64,000 nucleotides of DNA from Octopus sinensis (GCF_006345805.1 NC_043005.1:82150001-82214000), one strand, 5' to 3'; counted from the first letter of the stretch, positions 39,636 to 56,044 are shown. A program made the numbers and translations. The notes: generated by a model from the letters alone, not told the origin.

Positions 39636-41182
39636 ACACGCAGGGACACGTGCAAAAACATACACACATGCGGACGCGCAAGCACTCAGAGAGAGTTGTA
39701 TGTATACATTTGTATCCGTGTCTGTCTGAGAATGACAATATTAGGATAATTTCAGTAATATAATATAATCTAGCATAATAAGTCAGACGCTAATGCCAAG
39801 CTATACTTCATTACGTGCATTATGCTGCCGTTTATGAAATGGCGAAGTCGTTCAATATTGCATCATATTTTAAAACATATATTACTCAACACTGTTGTGT
39901 GTTATATTATATATCTAAAATATTTTGTAACGATTAATTGACCATAGCTGCCATAATAAAACCATGTAATTTCTTAAAAATGTCCCTGTAGTGTTACGTT
40001 ACCAATCGAAACACTAAAACATCTTGCAATAGAAATGCTTGCGTTGGGCTATTTTTAGAGAATATCATCTTGGGGCAAAAATCATTGGTTTCAGAAGAAT
40101 TGTATTGGAAATATTCATGAAATTATATTAAAATGCACGAAATTTGAAGAAAATTAGCTTAAGGCTGTTATATATCGAATATTTCATATAACTATATGCG
40201 TGGAATTGCTTCAGGTGATTGACATATCTCATTCGAAAATTCTTTTTCATACTGCGCAAGAAAGACAATTTTATTTTAATCTATAAAATTAACCCAAGTA
40301 ATATGAAGACGTGAGAGGAAAACATTATGAATGTGGCACAGTATATGGCACACTCGAATCTTAATAGTTTAGTCTTCAGACGTGGTTTATTCGAATATCA
40401 GGGACACATATTATCCTTGCTTTTCTTACTGAATGATATAATTCTAGAGATCCACATTAGGAAACGATAAACGAAGACATATATCTACAAATACTGTAAA
40501 GGAGGTTAACTTTTATTCTCTGTATTTTCAATATTGTTTTAGATTTAGTAATAATATTATACCTACTTATTGGATAACATTCCTCATTGTTGGGTGGTCT
40601 CGTTATAAAATCAGCTAAATTTGCAGAAAATGCTCGATCTTTATAATCACTAAAATCAATAAGTTTCTAATGATGATAATAAAAAAAAATCCTCTCTGAC
40701 GATGGAGAACTTATACGGATATCAAGTGTAAGACATCATGATGAAAATAATAACATAAAAATATGAGTGTATATGCGAAGTAATGCCTATCAGGAATATC
40801 CGCATTGTTCCAATTAATTGCAGTGGAATTCTTGTGGTGTAGGGTGTTACTGATAATATATAGACACATATCAACAAAGTTCGACTGGCTCTATCATCAA
40901 AAAAGTTCTGGGTGTGACAGTCCCATTGTTTCTGTAGACAGATATCCTAAGCGTTTTGCCTTTTTAATGTCATTTGAAATATATAAATGATACTTTACGT
41001 CTAGTAGTACCGAGAAGGCCACCTAGCAATGCATGAATGTATAGCATATAACTTATATATTTATTTAAGCTGGAAGGAAATTGTTGACGTGTACAGGGTA
41101 CGAAATATCGCACCATATAAACACCAAATATTTCACATTGAAAAGGATGCATTTAGTGCTAACTAAAAGATTATATATATAT

Positions 41183-41216
<34 letters not shown>

Positions 41217-42557
41217 CATATGTATGTATACACGTAAGTAAACAAAGGAAAGAAAATAACACTCAAAATGTACAATTTCTTGGAGATTCATGTATTTTAT
41301 AACAGTCTGCCTTAGGTCCATACCCACCTGGCGGATACTTAGGACATGTCTATTTCATTAAATGTTCAGAGTAAGGAAGCGCTTTGTCAATCTCTTATTA
41401 TATAGTGAAATCTATCTATCTATATATCTATCTCCCTCTCTATATATATGTGGTTGTTTGAGTGTGTTTGTATGTGTTTGTGTCTGTCTGTCTGCGTGTG
41501 AACTATAAAGTATGACTAATTTCAGAAAACTCTTCTAATAGAAGCATTTGAAGAACTACTATATATAATAATCGGCTTTGTTTTGCTTATTTACTACAAG
41601 TAAAAGTTTATTGTTATCAGAATCTTCCAAGGAGGAAAATGTAAAGTCGTTGAGAAAATACTAAACTGTTTTCTAAAATATTTGTTAGTTGTTTAATCAT
41701 TCTTCAAAATGTATAGCTGTTTCATTTGCAGATAATTAAATTAACAAAACATCGCGTCTAATTATATTTTGTAAAACTTATGATATAATATTTTACAAGT
41801 TACGTTTATGCAATTTATGATATGATCGCATTAATCTATTAAAAAATTTTCCTTCTGTTTTCACGCTTTCTTTTACTTTGAAATAATAAATAATTGGATA
41901 AATAGAAAATTCAATTTTAGTCGACAGCATCAGCGTCAATCTTCTTTCAATGATAGAAAATGCCAGTAACTAAACAAAGTTGACAAATTAATATATTTCT
42001 AACTAGAAGTTATTATTTTATAATGACAGTCAATGAAATTGCTTCAGAAATTAACACATACTGACAAAAGAAAGCAAAACAAAATAACTAAACGAATAAA
42101 ATTTTGATAGACTTTCATTGAAATTGCCAAAAAATGTTCCAATGTATTTTCTTAAAGTTTCTAGAGGAAAAAAAGATCAGAAAGAGAAATATATGTAAAT
42201 ATTTGAAAGTACTTATGATGTGGTAGCAGATAAAATGTTCATGTTATTGTGGTTTGGTATTATATATGTATAAACCAATGAGCACGTAAATGAGTAACTA
42301 GCATTTTATGTTTAATGTTATGAGCACGTGCTTCAGTAAGCTGACTGTTGTTGTTATGTAAGTCCTACTATACATAATATAGTTCACACGCTTCATCAGT
42401 ACTACACTGGTTACGTTTCCTGAGTTCATTAGTTTCAAGAAGTTTGATTTATGATGGGTGTTCTGTAACTTCGCTGATCATGGCAGTGGAATGTAGAACA
42501 TTCAGTAAATTATCGCATCTTCCGGGTCATACTTTATAGCACACACACACACACACC

Positions 42558-42592
<35 letters not shown>

Positions 42593-44065
42593 ACACACGT
42601 ACGCACACACAGACACACAGTCGCACGCAATTATACACATATACGTATGTATTTATCTAGTTTCCCTGATTCGTTTTAACCTTAGCCCTCTTAAAATAAC
42701 TACGATGATATTTATACACCGAAAAATTGTGTTTTAAAACTAGAGGCCGATAAATTTAGTAATAGACTGCAGATAATATGTTAACGTTAAAGTGTTCCAC
42801 CTCGAATGCTTTATTTTCTTATTTATTAACAATTAAAATTTAGATAATTGGGTTCCTCCAAACAAACAATAGTATTTGATGCAAAAATAACACTTCAAAA
42901 TATTTCTTAGTTATTTGATCAAAATATCTCCTTAGTTCGTATACTGACAAATGTGCCTTATTCATACAGATATTAGAGCAGCGAAGGTGACAGTGACATT
43001 TTATATGTTATGATCGATTAAAACCCTTCAAGCTGTTGCTCTCGTGTGATGACAATGTTACGAGATTAACCATTTGCAAGTTGACCTAATAAAAAAATAT
43101 TTAAAAGCAGTATTTGTATCTTACATGAAAACACATTTTTCAGAATATGTCATAACTGTGATTTGAGATTTGAAAGTGTGAACAGCTTTTCATATTAACG
43201 TTAGAAATCTACATGTTCTTGTGTGAGACCTGTCTTAATCAGGCATTGTATAGCAAGTCCCATTCATCTGAGTAACTAATTTGCAGTATTTAGATATTTT
43301 TTTAAAGAATAGCTTCTATATAATATCAACGTGAATAAATATAACTTTATAGTATGAGATACGGATTCAAAGAATCGGGTTATCCCAGAAAACTTTTCTA
43401 ACTGACTCAGCTAATAGTCCACATAGTAATCCAATACAGAGAAGTGCAATGCAGAGTGTCAGCACGGCTGAATTCCATATCCCATCGATGAAATTATTTC
43501 ATGAGAAATATATAAACCATAAAAATAAGGATAAATATAACTATATTTTGTATCATGTTTTTTTAGCAATATACACTTCACACCTTAAAACATTCTGATA
43601 TTAAGAATTCTAAATCGTACAAAAAATTCGCAAACAAAATCACATAATTTCATCAACGTCTCCACTCGATTCGTAGGTATTCTAGTGAAACCGATAAACT
43701 AAACAGCGCAGTCAAGCAATATTGATAATTAAGTTATAAATCTCGTACGTGATGTCATGCATGTTTCCAGCAGTCTTGCGTTCTGCTGTCTTATTTCAAC
43801 TGCATACTCAATGTGGAGGAGACAATGTTTACTGAATAGTGGGAACGAGACACTTGGTAATAGAAGAAAGTAGAAGAAAACAACACAGTGTCTTATTATA
43901 CAAACACACACATATAAGTACACACATACACACACACACATACATACATGTATACATACATATACACACATAGTATACACACATAGCATACACACATATA
44001 TATACGCATAATGTTATACATGATATATATATATATGTATATGTGTGTGTATGCCTCCGTGTGTA

Positions 44066-44146
44066 TACTACTACTACTGCCTCTGCTGCTGCTGCTGCTG
44101 CTACTACTACTACTACTACTACTACTACTGCCTCTGCTGATGATAT

Positions 44147-44179
<33 letters not shown>

Positions 44180-44180
44180 A
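44066..44180. repeat. (TAC)n/(TGC)n microsatellite
   Basis: Directly visible; ACTACTGCCTCTGCTG occurs twice. Confidence 0.95.
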
Positions 44181-45090
44181 GATGTTATTATATATATATA
44201 TATATATGCATACACAAACACACGCTTAGACGCACGCAAACATAGACATATGCTTATATATTCTTATATGTATATAATAATCTATACATGCACATGCGGT
44301 GACATGCAGACACACAGACAAAAATACATAAACACATTTATGCTTCCTTATTCACATATACATTCACACAAACATAAGCACCCATGCTTAGTCTCCCATA
44401 TATTTGTGATATGAAATTCTATTCGAAACGTTTACGATTTCCACAACAGTGGATCACAATAAACGTGCTGCACATTTTTCTGTATGTCACCTTTCGTTTG
44501 GCAAGATAAGTCTCTCCTCTACGGATTTAGGCTTTCCATTTCCTTTACGTTTATTTCAACTCTACAACCTATTCATCTTATATTGTAAAGACTAGATAAT
44601 ATTCACAAAATGATCTGTAAATGGTAGAAGTCACAAGGGACTAAGGATTTGGTAGGATCGTACAAGGGACATCAGTTGTATCGGAATTAACCTCGTACCC
44701 ATGAATTGATTTTTATCATGCATCTGTAGTATCAAAGTGTTTCTGTGAAGCATATGGCTTCCGATTCTTCTTATGTTAAAACTATTTCTAGTTCAAAGAA
44801 CATATATTTTCATGATAGTTGAAAATAGTTATTCACCATTTTATCGTAGAAAATCATATAACAGCACCTTGTAGCAAAATTTAGAAAGAAGCTATCTTTC
44901 CTGTGAAGTAAAATGCGTTGCTTTAAGTAATGTACGTACATATATCTAAGAATTGGTATACATATATAATACACACACACACACACACACAGACATCTTT
45001 ATATAAAGTAAGGAGTTTCTACATGCACACACCTGCATATATATATATATACATGTACATATCTGCATCTATATTATGCATGTACATACC

Positions 45091-45129
<39 letters not shown>

Positions 45130-45157
45130 TACTGTTATTGTGTATACACACACACAC

Positions 45158-45191
<34 letters not shown>

Positions 45192-45999
45192 ATATATATA
45201 TATATATATAAATTGTTATTAATCGAAATATGTGAAGGAGTGAATGAAAGAAGGAAGTTGAACATGCACATAGAATAAATTAGAATATATTAGAATGTAA
45301 TTGTATTTCAAAATATAGGAATATACTTGAGCGTTTTGACAATAGATTTCCAAAAGTGTGTAGTGTAAGGTGTTGTGTCAAGAATTATATCTGTTTTGGC
45401 CGTTTTACAAAAGATTGTTCATAAAGCAGGAACGTAGCTGAAAACGCTATTCGTTAACGTACAAAGTTATTGGACAACGTTAACGTATCACGTGCGCGTT
45501 GCAATGGCACAAGATGATCACATTATTGAAAATGTTATTTCAGCAAATTCTTCTTTATTTTATGAAATTTGTTGAGACAAAAGCAGAATGTTTTAATAGA
45601 AATATGGTAACTTAAGTGTAACTTAAATATGGTAACTTAACTGCCAGGAACCAACTTTTTGAAATATTGCCACACCTTTTGCAGATATCCAAGCATAACA
45701 GCGTGTTAACTTGGGTGAGTCATCCTGGATAGGTGTCTATCACCTGGGTCGATAGTCATATTAAATAAGAATGGCCCTTATGCATGATTTATTTGGTTAT
45801 GGGTAGTGACATTCAACATAAACCCACAGGGACAAAACTCAAAACAGTTTTCGTTTCAATCTTTGGTGTCTCATTTTTGGGTTCCCCAAAATACACTCGT
45901 AATCATTCTACAATAATCAAACTGGAGTAAGAAACATAAAGTATCTTCTAAATCCAACTATTTCTCCCTTTCGGATGCAAGCACATCTACGAGAGATTT

Positions 46000-46235
46000 T
46001 TTATATGAATTTCACCGTTTATCGTATGTTATATGATATGTTTGCATATGTTGTACTAAACCTCTATCGATATTCTTCATATATATATTATATTAAAATG
46101 GAATATTCTGCTAAATGGAACAATGTCAAACTGAACTTATATGTTCATATGAAAATATATGTTCATATATATGTAATCCATTCATGCTCAATGATAGGAG
46201 TTGAATTATATATTCAAAGCATATGATTTCCTATA
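46000..46235 (+). repeat. Duplicated non-SINE block, copy A (copy B at 50886-51100)
   Basis: 45-bp identical, ~53-bp (2 mismatches) and 50-bp identical blocks shared in the same order. Confidence 0.95.
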
Positions 46236-46845
46236 AGTAACATAGATGATAGCTGCTACATGAATTTTAGTTTTCTTAAGAACGAGCTCAAGCAGATACT
46301 GTTCAATAATTAAAGTGTGGAATATGATATATGGATGTGTGTACTAAGCATGTATACCGAAGCAGATCATGGAAGCCATTTAAAATACATATATTTCGTT
46401 AACTGGATTCTGTTTATAAACTAACAATACTTAGAGCTGCAACAACACAATTTAATTTGCATCTATGCCTTGGTCATTTATACCGCTCCATTTCTTTTGA
46501 AATACACTTCATTTGTAAATAATGTTTACATAGTTATTTACAGAACACGATAAACAAATTAGAGTAACATTAATTTTCTTCCGGTAGATATTAACTAAAT
46601 TTGAATAGGTGATTTTCTTCCAAAAATAAAGCTTACCCATTAAAATTTAGCGACTCGGATTCGGCTTAATAAGCAGAGAATGCCTGTTTCTCATCCTTGA
46701 CCTCGATGTGTTTGGCTTTAGAATAGTACGGTACACCCAGAGATAGCGATGGTGATAGCTAATACGTAATATTTTAAACTTATCAAATATCACTATAACA
46801 TAAATGTTTATGAACATTGAACACCATCAGCGTTAACAACTACCT

Positions 46846-47074
46846 ATTTCTTTACTACCCAGAAGGGGCTAAACAGAGAGGGGACAAACATGGACAGACA
46901 TAGGTATTAAGTCGATTACATCGACCCCAGTGCGTAACTGGTACTTAATTTATCGACCCCGAAAGGATGAAAGGCAAAGTCGACCTCGGCGGAATTTGAA
47001 CTCACAACGTAAGGCAGCCGAAATACCGCTAAGCATTTCGCCCGATGTGTTAACGATTCTGCTAGCTCGCCACA
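46846..47074 (-). mobile_element. SINE family A with perfect 13-bp TSD
   Basis: TTAACAACTACCT at 46833-46845 and 47075-47087. Confidence 0.95.
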
Positions 47075-50000
47075 TTAACAACTACCTTAATCGTCGTGAA
47101 GTACTTAACTACTGCAGCCGCTTCTGCAGCTGCACATGAAAATGTTTTAGACCTCTTACAACCGAGAGCTATCTGATGGATCCTCATTTACTGATTTACC
47201 AATAACGTCTACCTAACCAACAGACATTCAACCTCCTCACTCTTAATGATGTTCTATCACAGATTCAAACACTTTCGTGGACTAGACAGTTACGCAACAC
47301 CTCTATTAAGGCTCACTTCACAAGGTCGTCGATTTCTCTACTGTCGTTCATCCTATCGTTGGCCTTAGGATCTCAAATACGCATTTTATGTTAAATGTAT
47401 ACAGAAGCCCTGATGTCCGAACAATGACATGATCTGTAAAAGGTCAAAGACCCATAGAGACAAATCATAACAAATAAGTAGTTGAAGATCTCCTCCTGAG
47501 GAGGAAATGGCCCCACAAAGGACACAAAATTAGCTAAAATTCAAATATTGTCCAGACAAATTCTTATAAAATAAGAAGGTTAGGCCGATGTTAAATGATG
47601 ACTGTGTGAAATAAATCTAAATAAAATTGTCAATATAATGTAACTGGTAAATTTGCAAATAAGCATAATCAATGAAAAATAAACAACAAGAAAACCCATT
47701 GAAATAACAAGGATCATGGAATATCTTCCAATCACAAAAAGGGAGAAAAGAAATCTCTCTTAGACGTGTTTGCATCCGAAAGGGAGAAATAATTGGATTT
47801 AGAAGATACTTTTTCTATTTACAATTCAGTGCATGCTCTAACTAAATGAATACATTCATACTGTGCACATTTGATGAGCTATATATATCAAATGTCTCAG
47901 ATATCATGTTAATAAATATAGTATTGGTAAGCTAAAGGTTGTGAGAATGTTAACATCACGTTATCGTTTTGATCAGTTGTTGGCTGGATGCCAGAGAGAA
48001 GTAGTTAAAATTGTGGGTAACTTACCTTAGTTATATTAAAACGATGCTTGAGAACAACAACAACTGCTTATGAATTGTTTTTGTCGTAAGTTATTATATT
48101 TCTGTGTTGAGTAGGATTGGCTTCTAAGGGTTAATTTCATGTCATTCTTGCAGTAACAAGATGCGCTCATGTCAAGAGATATCGGGAAAAGTTGGAAGTT
48201 ATATTAACGCAGATGTTAATTGAAATCGACGTAACTAGAGAAAGGTTACACATCAAGGGCTGTGATCTTTCTCCTGTTCAGTAGATATTTCAATTCATGT
48301 CTCAAAATATACATAAATTTTGGCTATTGTCTCTAATCCAATAAATAGATATAAACAGTTTGACCAGCAACTTGGCAAAGGGTCACTTGTAAGACGCAGT
48401 GAAAGCTGGCCTGGAAGTATTGAAAAACCTATACGAAAATGAAATAGTCCAACCTCCAACTAAGCGAGGAATGTGAGAAACTAATACTTGGTTGTTGAAT
48501 AATTACTTCTAGAGTATAATATATGTTTAGGGGTCACCTCATTATGATGCACTTGAAACGTTTTTACAACATTTACCAAATCATGCACGAAATATGTTTA
48601 GAGACTCACGGACCGTGGATATATAAAGCATCAGTATATAAATAAACGCATTTTGAAGTCACATTCAAGTAGCTTTAGCATAATAGCTTTTCTTTGTAGA
48701 ATCTAAATAGAAAAATCTCCACGGAAATTATCAATATTATCAAAATTTAGAGAGAATCGGTGAAGTATAAAATCCATTCCGTTTCAGTACACATGAAAAC
48801 GTTAAAATATCACTTGGTGATTTTCAACCGGAATTAGCCGATAACGGCATTAGGTTGATGTGTTGCTAAACAGTAAATAGCATAGAGGATGCAATGAAAT
48901 ATTCCTAGTGAAGTGTTTTCGCAAGCACTTGTTTAGTATCTAATAAAAATGGGTTATATTTACTCATATATCGATAAATATTCATTGATAGTTATTTACA
49001 TCGCTAAAAATGCTAACGGCTAAATGCACTTCCCTAGAACATTTTAATTTACAACGGACGGCATCGTCTGAATACCATATGAATGAAAAGGCTAACAAGA
49101 GAGCCCGAAAAAGATACAGAAGTTATAAATCACATAAACTAGATTTAATATTTAGAAATAGTAATCTGTTATATTTATGACGCAAAGTATTGTACAACTA
49201 TATTGATATTCCTGCAGTAAGAATCTAAATGGAAATGTGTAAATGATGACAGAAAATCTATGAATAACCAACGCGTTTATATTGTATTGAAAATATCTAT
49301 TGTTAGCCTTTCGACAGACCGAAGCAATTTTGATATCAACATGTTGTACTCAGGAAACTACACTTGATACCCATTATAGTGTTTCTGTTGAACATAGTAA
49401 AATGGCTGCGAAGAGTAAATGAATAAAAACAAATGTTTATTAATATGTCAGAATATTTTTCATCCCTGGGGAGTAATGACCGTTTCGATGCTTTCTAAAA
49501 TCGTAAAACCTTGGAGTCTGTTGACTAGCTTCCTAATAATGTTTCATATTATGTGTTTAATGATGGGAGGCAGAAGGTTTACGGAATTATGAATTTTACA
49601 TTCAAGTGGATTCCATTATGTGTTGCAAACGGAGACATTTTAAAACATACCAATTCACGCGCGAAATATATTGAGGAACGAAGGGGCAACGCTTATAATA
49701 AAAGATTCAATATATAAGTAAACACATTTGATGTTAGATTTAATTATCTACTGCATATTGGATATTTCTTGTGGAATTTAAGTGGAGAGCGCTTAACTCG
49801 GTGAGTTATGAATTGCAATCCATTTGTGAAATCAATATTTAACAATATTGCCAGAAAGTTCCTACAGCTGGATTCTGATTTCAAATCCAAAAGTTTTCGA
49901 TTTAAACACTAGAGTTCATCATATGATAGAATTATAATCTACTATAAATGTCCTTAATAGGATACAATATCTTGCATCCAAAACTGTAATCTGTATTTTG

Positions 50001-50885
50001 AGGTTTATTGATTATGTGGCATCTTTAAGCAATACAATATCTCCTGAGGAAAACTCCAGCAACTTAATTCGAAAACTTAGTAAAGTGTATCTTATTTAAT
50101 TAACGATAATATTGTTCGTGCAATGATGATTGTCACATAATATCACTTTTAGAAAATTAAAATGTTAAATATTTTTTGATAGAAACTCATGTTTGTATAT
50201 TTCATAGAATGGTAAAATATTCTATTGATTGAATGGCTTATAAAGAGCAGAGGCGACTACTTGGTTGAGTCCTTAGAGCAGGGTATATTGCTTTGCAGTA
50301 ATTGACCTGGCTCTCTGCAAACTTAGCTTCAAACCTATCCAGGCTGTCTTAATCGATTATCATTTCGAGGTCGGTAACTGAACTCTAATTGCGTATTGGC
50401 GTCAATTCTCTTTTAAACACGTATTTCCGTCCGTCCGTCCATCCGTCTGTTTCTCTGTCTGTCCGTTTGGCTGTCCGTCCACCTGTCCGTTCGCCCGTCC
50501 GCCTGTCCTTCCCACACCATTCTCTCTCTTTCCATCTCTCTCTCCCTCTTTCTCTTTCTTCCATTCTGAAAGAATATGATTAGACACGGAGAAGTACAAG
50601 CTTTGTCAGGTCTAAAGTGCATACACAACGGTCGCCTTAGCATATCTATGATATGAACGCATGTGGTAGGAATTCACTCAAACCACGAACTTGCTGCGGC
50701 TCCATGGAACATATGTTATCATCCAGAGCAAACGAACCCATCAGTTCTTCCACGAGTAAAATTCTGAGTAGGATTAAAAACAAACTCCTCACTCATACTC
50801 TTTACTATGAGATTTCATTTTTTACTATACTCCATCAAAAAATACAAAAATGCATTTATGTGAAGACCTTGTGTTATATATATGA

Positions 50886-51100
50886 TTTATATGAATTTCA
50901 CCGTTTATCGTATGTTATATGATATGTTTGTATATCATATAACATACATTTATTATATCAAAATGGAATATTCTGCTAAATGGAATAATGTCAAACTGAA
51001 CTTTACCATGTACATTTCAAGGATATATGTTCATAGATATGAAATCCATTCATGCTCAATGATAGGAGTTGAATTATATATTCAAAGCATATAATTTCTT
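50886..51100 (+). repeat. Duplicated non-SINE block, copy B
   Basis: See copy A; followed by (ATT)n at 51108-51201. Confidence 0.95.
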
Positions 51101-51103
51101 AGG

Positions 51104-51159
<56 letters not shown>

Positions 51160-51173
51160 TATTATTATTATTA

Positions 51174-51204
<31 letters not shown>

Positions 51205-51723
51205 TCACTGTGAATCAACCTGTCATGAATTATTTCTAATGTACATAACTATATGAAATATAGATGATGTTATCAATCTGATACAAGGAACGTATCTGGT
51301 CATATATAAGATAATTTACAACACCGCATATTCAGCTCTGCAAAATATTGCACACACATCAAGTAAATAGCAACTGAACCCGAAGAGAAATAGCTATTGA
51401 TTATGATCTTTATTCCTTTTTTAAAATAACAAAGTTTATACTATACGACAACAGTGAATTAAAAATAAAAGACAACAAAAGCAAATGTAAAATTGTCATG
51501 TTAAAATCATGGCAAGGAAAAACACTATTTGTTCAAACAGTGAAGCATTGAAATCGTCTATGATACAGAGTAAAGTGCCACTACTAGTAGAAATAAATAA
51601 CACTCTAAACTGAGCCAATTGTATTTTGATTACAGAGCAGGCTGGAACATTTTCCCCTAAATCGTATGCAATTGAGTAGATTACATTAAGTAACCGAACA
51701 ATCTCTTTGTTACGAAGGATGTG

Positions 51724-51786
<63 letters not shown>

Positions 51787-52179
51787 TATACTTATAGATA
51801 TTCATATACACACACAGGTATGTGTTTGTGTGTACCGCTATGAGATATTTGTGAATATTATACATTAGTAATTGCTCAGGTAATGGAAACACCAACCTAA
51901 GCATATGAGATTAACATATACCGAAACCGTTATCAGAGACGGATAAAAGAAATACACTAATGTATCGGGCACACAAAGACAGTTAGTGCTCAATAGACCA
52001 GATAAATCTGTGAAGGAAAGGAAGTGGTGCTTCCTAATCGTAGTATCAACAAAGCTAACGGCAAAAATGGTTGGAAATGAAAGCAGAAACAGCCCCTTGA
52101 AGTAATGGCAAATTCATAAAAAAGTGGCAAATTAAAGTAGTGGCAGATTCATAAACAATATTCCGTGGGTTCAATCAAT

Positions 52180-52556
<377 letters not shown>

Positions 52557-52607
52557 TATATCCACATACACACACATGTACGGATACACGCATACACACG
52601 TGTACAG

Positions 52608-53172
<565 letters not shown>

Positions 53173-53892
53173 GACTGAAGTCGAAACGAAGTGTTTTCAA
53201 AGCGAACTTCTTAACCACACAGTCAAGCCTGCACCTAGACATATAGGTAATCTTTTGATAAATGTATTAACAATCGTGTTATCACGGATTTATTAGAACA
53301 CTTAGGATAATGAAATTCTATTTAGAAACATACGGTAAGGCTATGTGGAAAAATGAAACCGAAATAGAATGGTAAATTACATAACGCCACACTACAAAGG
53401 AACCACCAAAGACAAACAAACTGCTCAGAACCAATGAAGTAAACAAGGCACAACGTATATTAATGGGAAATTAGTTAGGAAAGGATATTGTAGAAGTTTT
53501 AGATTAATAAATATAATTTCGATAAACGTCAAAGTAAGGTGGGACTGTTTTACCTGGTCACGTCAAGCCAGTATATTGCTCTTGTGAACAGTTTATAAGC
53601 ACTAATTGCAGACACAGTCCACCATTAATTTATGCGAAACCTATTGTTTATTCTTCTAATGTAAATGTTATTAACATCCTAGCTATTTCTGTAATAAGTT
53701 ACGAATATACAGTTCTCTGCATTAACTTAATTGATTTATCAAGATTAGATTGGTAAATAACGAAGATAATAACTGTATTTAGAGTAGAATGTACAAATGC
53801 CGACAACGCATTGTTATAATTAACACGTCCAAAGGGTGGGAAAGAAAGTGTTACAACTAGAAAATTATTATAAAACTTCCACGGTAGAACTA

Positions 53893-53987
<95 letters not shown>

Positions 53988-54105
53988 TTATATATCTATC
54001 TATTTATATATCTATCTATTTATCTATCTATCTGTCTGCCTGTCTGTCTGTCTGTCGACGTAACTACCTCTCTATTCATCTATCTATTTTATATAACGAT
54101 CGCTG

Positions 54106-54180
<75 letters not shown>

Positions 54181-54186
54181 TATATA

Positions 54187-54235
<49 letters not shown>

Positions 54236-54240
54236 AGAGA

Positions 54241-54470
54241 GAGGCAACTGGGACCAAGAAGATTGGCATCATAAACATGTATAAACTAAAAGATTCAAAT
54301 TTAGTGACAGGTAAGAATGGAACTACAGAATGTGTTGCAACAATGTTTCGTACCTTCTGCATGGAAAAAACCCCACCGAATGAAGTGGAGAGGATAATGA
54401 AAAGGAACAACATTTGCTGGGAAACGGAAGTGTGTCTGTTGAGACCAAAAGAATTTTGATTATGGCACAA
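54241..54470 (+). mobile_element. Possible LINE reverse-transcriptase relic
   Basis: LQNVLQQCFVPSAWKK resembles the 'VPxxWK' RT segment and is preceded by ATG..I...MYKL; heavily frameshifted. Confidence 0.3.
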
Positions 54471-55747
54471 TTTCCAAAGCTTTATCAATAAAAATTACAG
54501 AAGTATAATTAATGTTGTATAATTATATCTGTATAAAATATCTGCAATTAAGCACGTTTATATCATACAGCCCTGTATTTGATAGAACGTGAATCAAATA
54601 GAGATGAAAGAGCCTGGGTATGAGAGGATAGTGCCTATGTTTGCACTGTGCAATAGAGTTATAAAAACGTATAAACTCACAACGTATTTGAGAGGTAAAG
54701 AAACGATAGGCTTTCTATGCGAAGCTAAATGTTTGATTTCATCAAAGCCTTTGTATATTGCTGTGAGCAATACACAAATCTATTTGTTCGAAATGATTTA
54801 AATCATAATTCCTGTTGCTTCTGCAACTTGAGTATTTCTGACTAATAAATATTGTCATGTATTAAAGATATACGCTGTTGGCAATTACGGTTATGTCAGA
54901 GAGCTCTTTCAGATATGTGGCGAGACGGAACCTAGTTTAATGTTTTGTAAGTTTAAGCTTTCGTTACTCTAAACAAGAACAAGCTCACGGAATCGTTGAG
55001 TTAGACATGTGTATGCCACTTAGTGTTCACATATTATTAGCGTTTATGAAACATAAATACTCGTCTATACAATATCTGAACTCTTTCACGTTATTTTTGC
55101 TATTTGTTGATTACAGCTATAAACTGAATTATAGTCGTATCTTTCAAATGAAAACGTTTTGCTGCAAATGCAATTCGTGCACTTAGATAAAATAATTCAC
55201 CCCTCTATTCCTTTAACATTATTCCTTATATTTCTTTGTAAGCTTACTGACTAAGGGTTATTATACAAAACCATTACTTTATAGACAGCTGATGAAAAAA
55301 TAGTTTCTATTCACATACCAGTGTCTTTGATTTCTATTTCATAAATGTGTCTTCCTATTGCATTGAATGATAGATATTCACTATAACCATTCTAATACTC
55401 CAATCATGTAAACATTCATAGTAGACACAGTGTATGAAAGCTTTTCTTGTATCAGATGAGTAAGTTTATCTTGTATCAGTTTTTCTTGCATCAGATAAAC
55501 ATATCTAAATAGCCTGTTATATTCAGACTTGCAATACAGATTTACATTAGGTAACTAACACACACATGAATAAATGTTTGCACATCTCTATATACATATA
55601 AAGCTGAAGTTGTCTGTGTATGGCAGGTTTGGTAGCCTTCAACTAACACTAGCTCCTCCGAGGCCCTGCGAGGCAAGTTAACCGAAATTGGGAGTATAAT
55701 AGAAGGTTTGCTCTTCCTTCCGTAGAAGAATAATTTCAAATCAGACC

Positions 55748-55977
55748 ATATTAAGACCAAAAATTATTTACATCAAAAAGGTGCATTTTTTCTATGAAAA
55801 TCCCTATTTTTTACGACTTTTTTACTGCTGTGTCGCCATTTTTTAGTGTATTTCAACCAGAAAAATGTTCACTTAAAGAGATTAACAAGCTACACAATGA
55901 AAAAGTTTTACTTTTCAAAAATTCCAATTCTAAAGGGTTGAAATAAACCAGAGCAACGCCGAGCGATACTGCTAATT
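55748..55977 (+). mobile_element. Non-autonomous Helitron-like remnant
   Basis: Ends GAGCAACGCCGAGCGATACTGCTAAT, resembling the GCAACGCCGGG..CTAGT 3' end of animal Helitron-type elements. Confidence 0.45.
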
Positions 55978-56044
55978 TATTACACACATGTGAGTGAGAA
56001 CACTTTGAGATATTTTTGGTATCTAACATATGTCAGATAGTGCG

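Noticed and set aside
43350-43830. Possible Penelope ORF fragments (GYPRK on plus; YAVEIRQQNARLLE on minus)
   Set aside because: On opposite strands, short, and with no collinear support.
50660-50770. Minus-strand acceptor with a short open frame (ILLVEELMGSFALDDNICSMEPQQVRGL)
   Set aside because: No recognisable homology and only weak donors; indistinguishable from chance.
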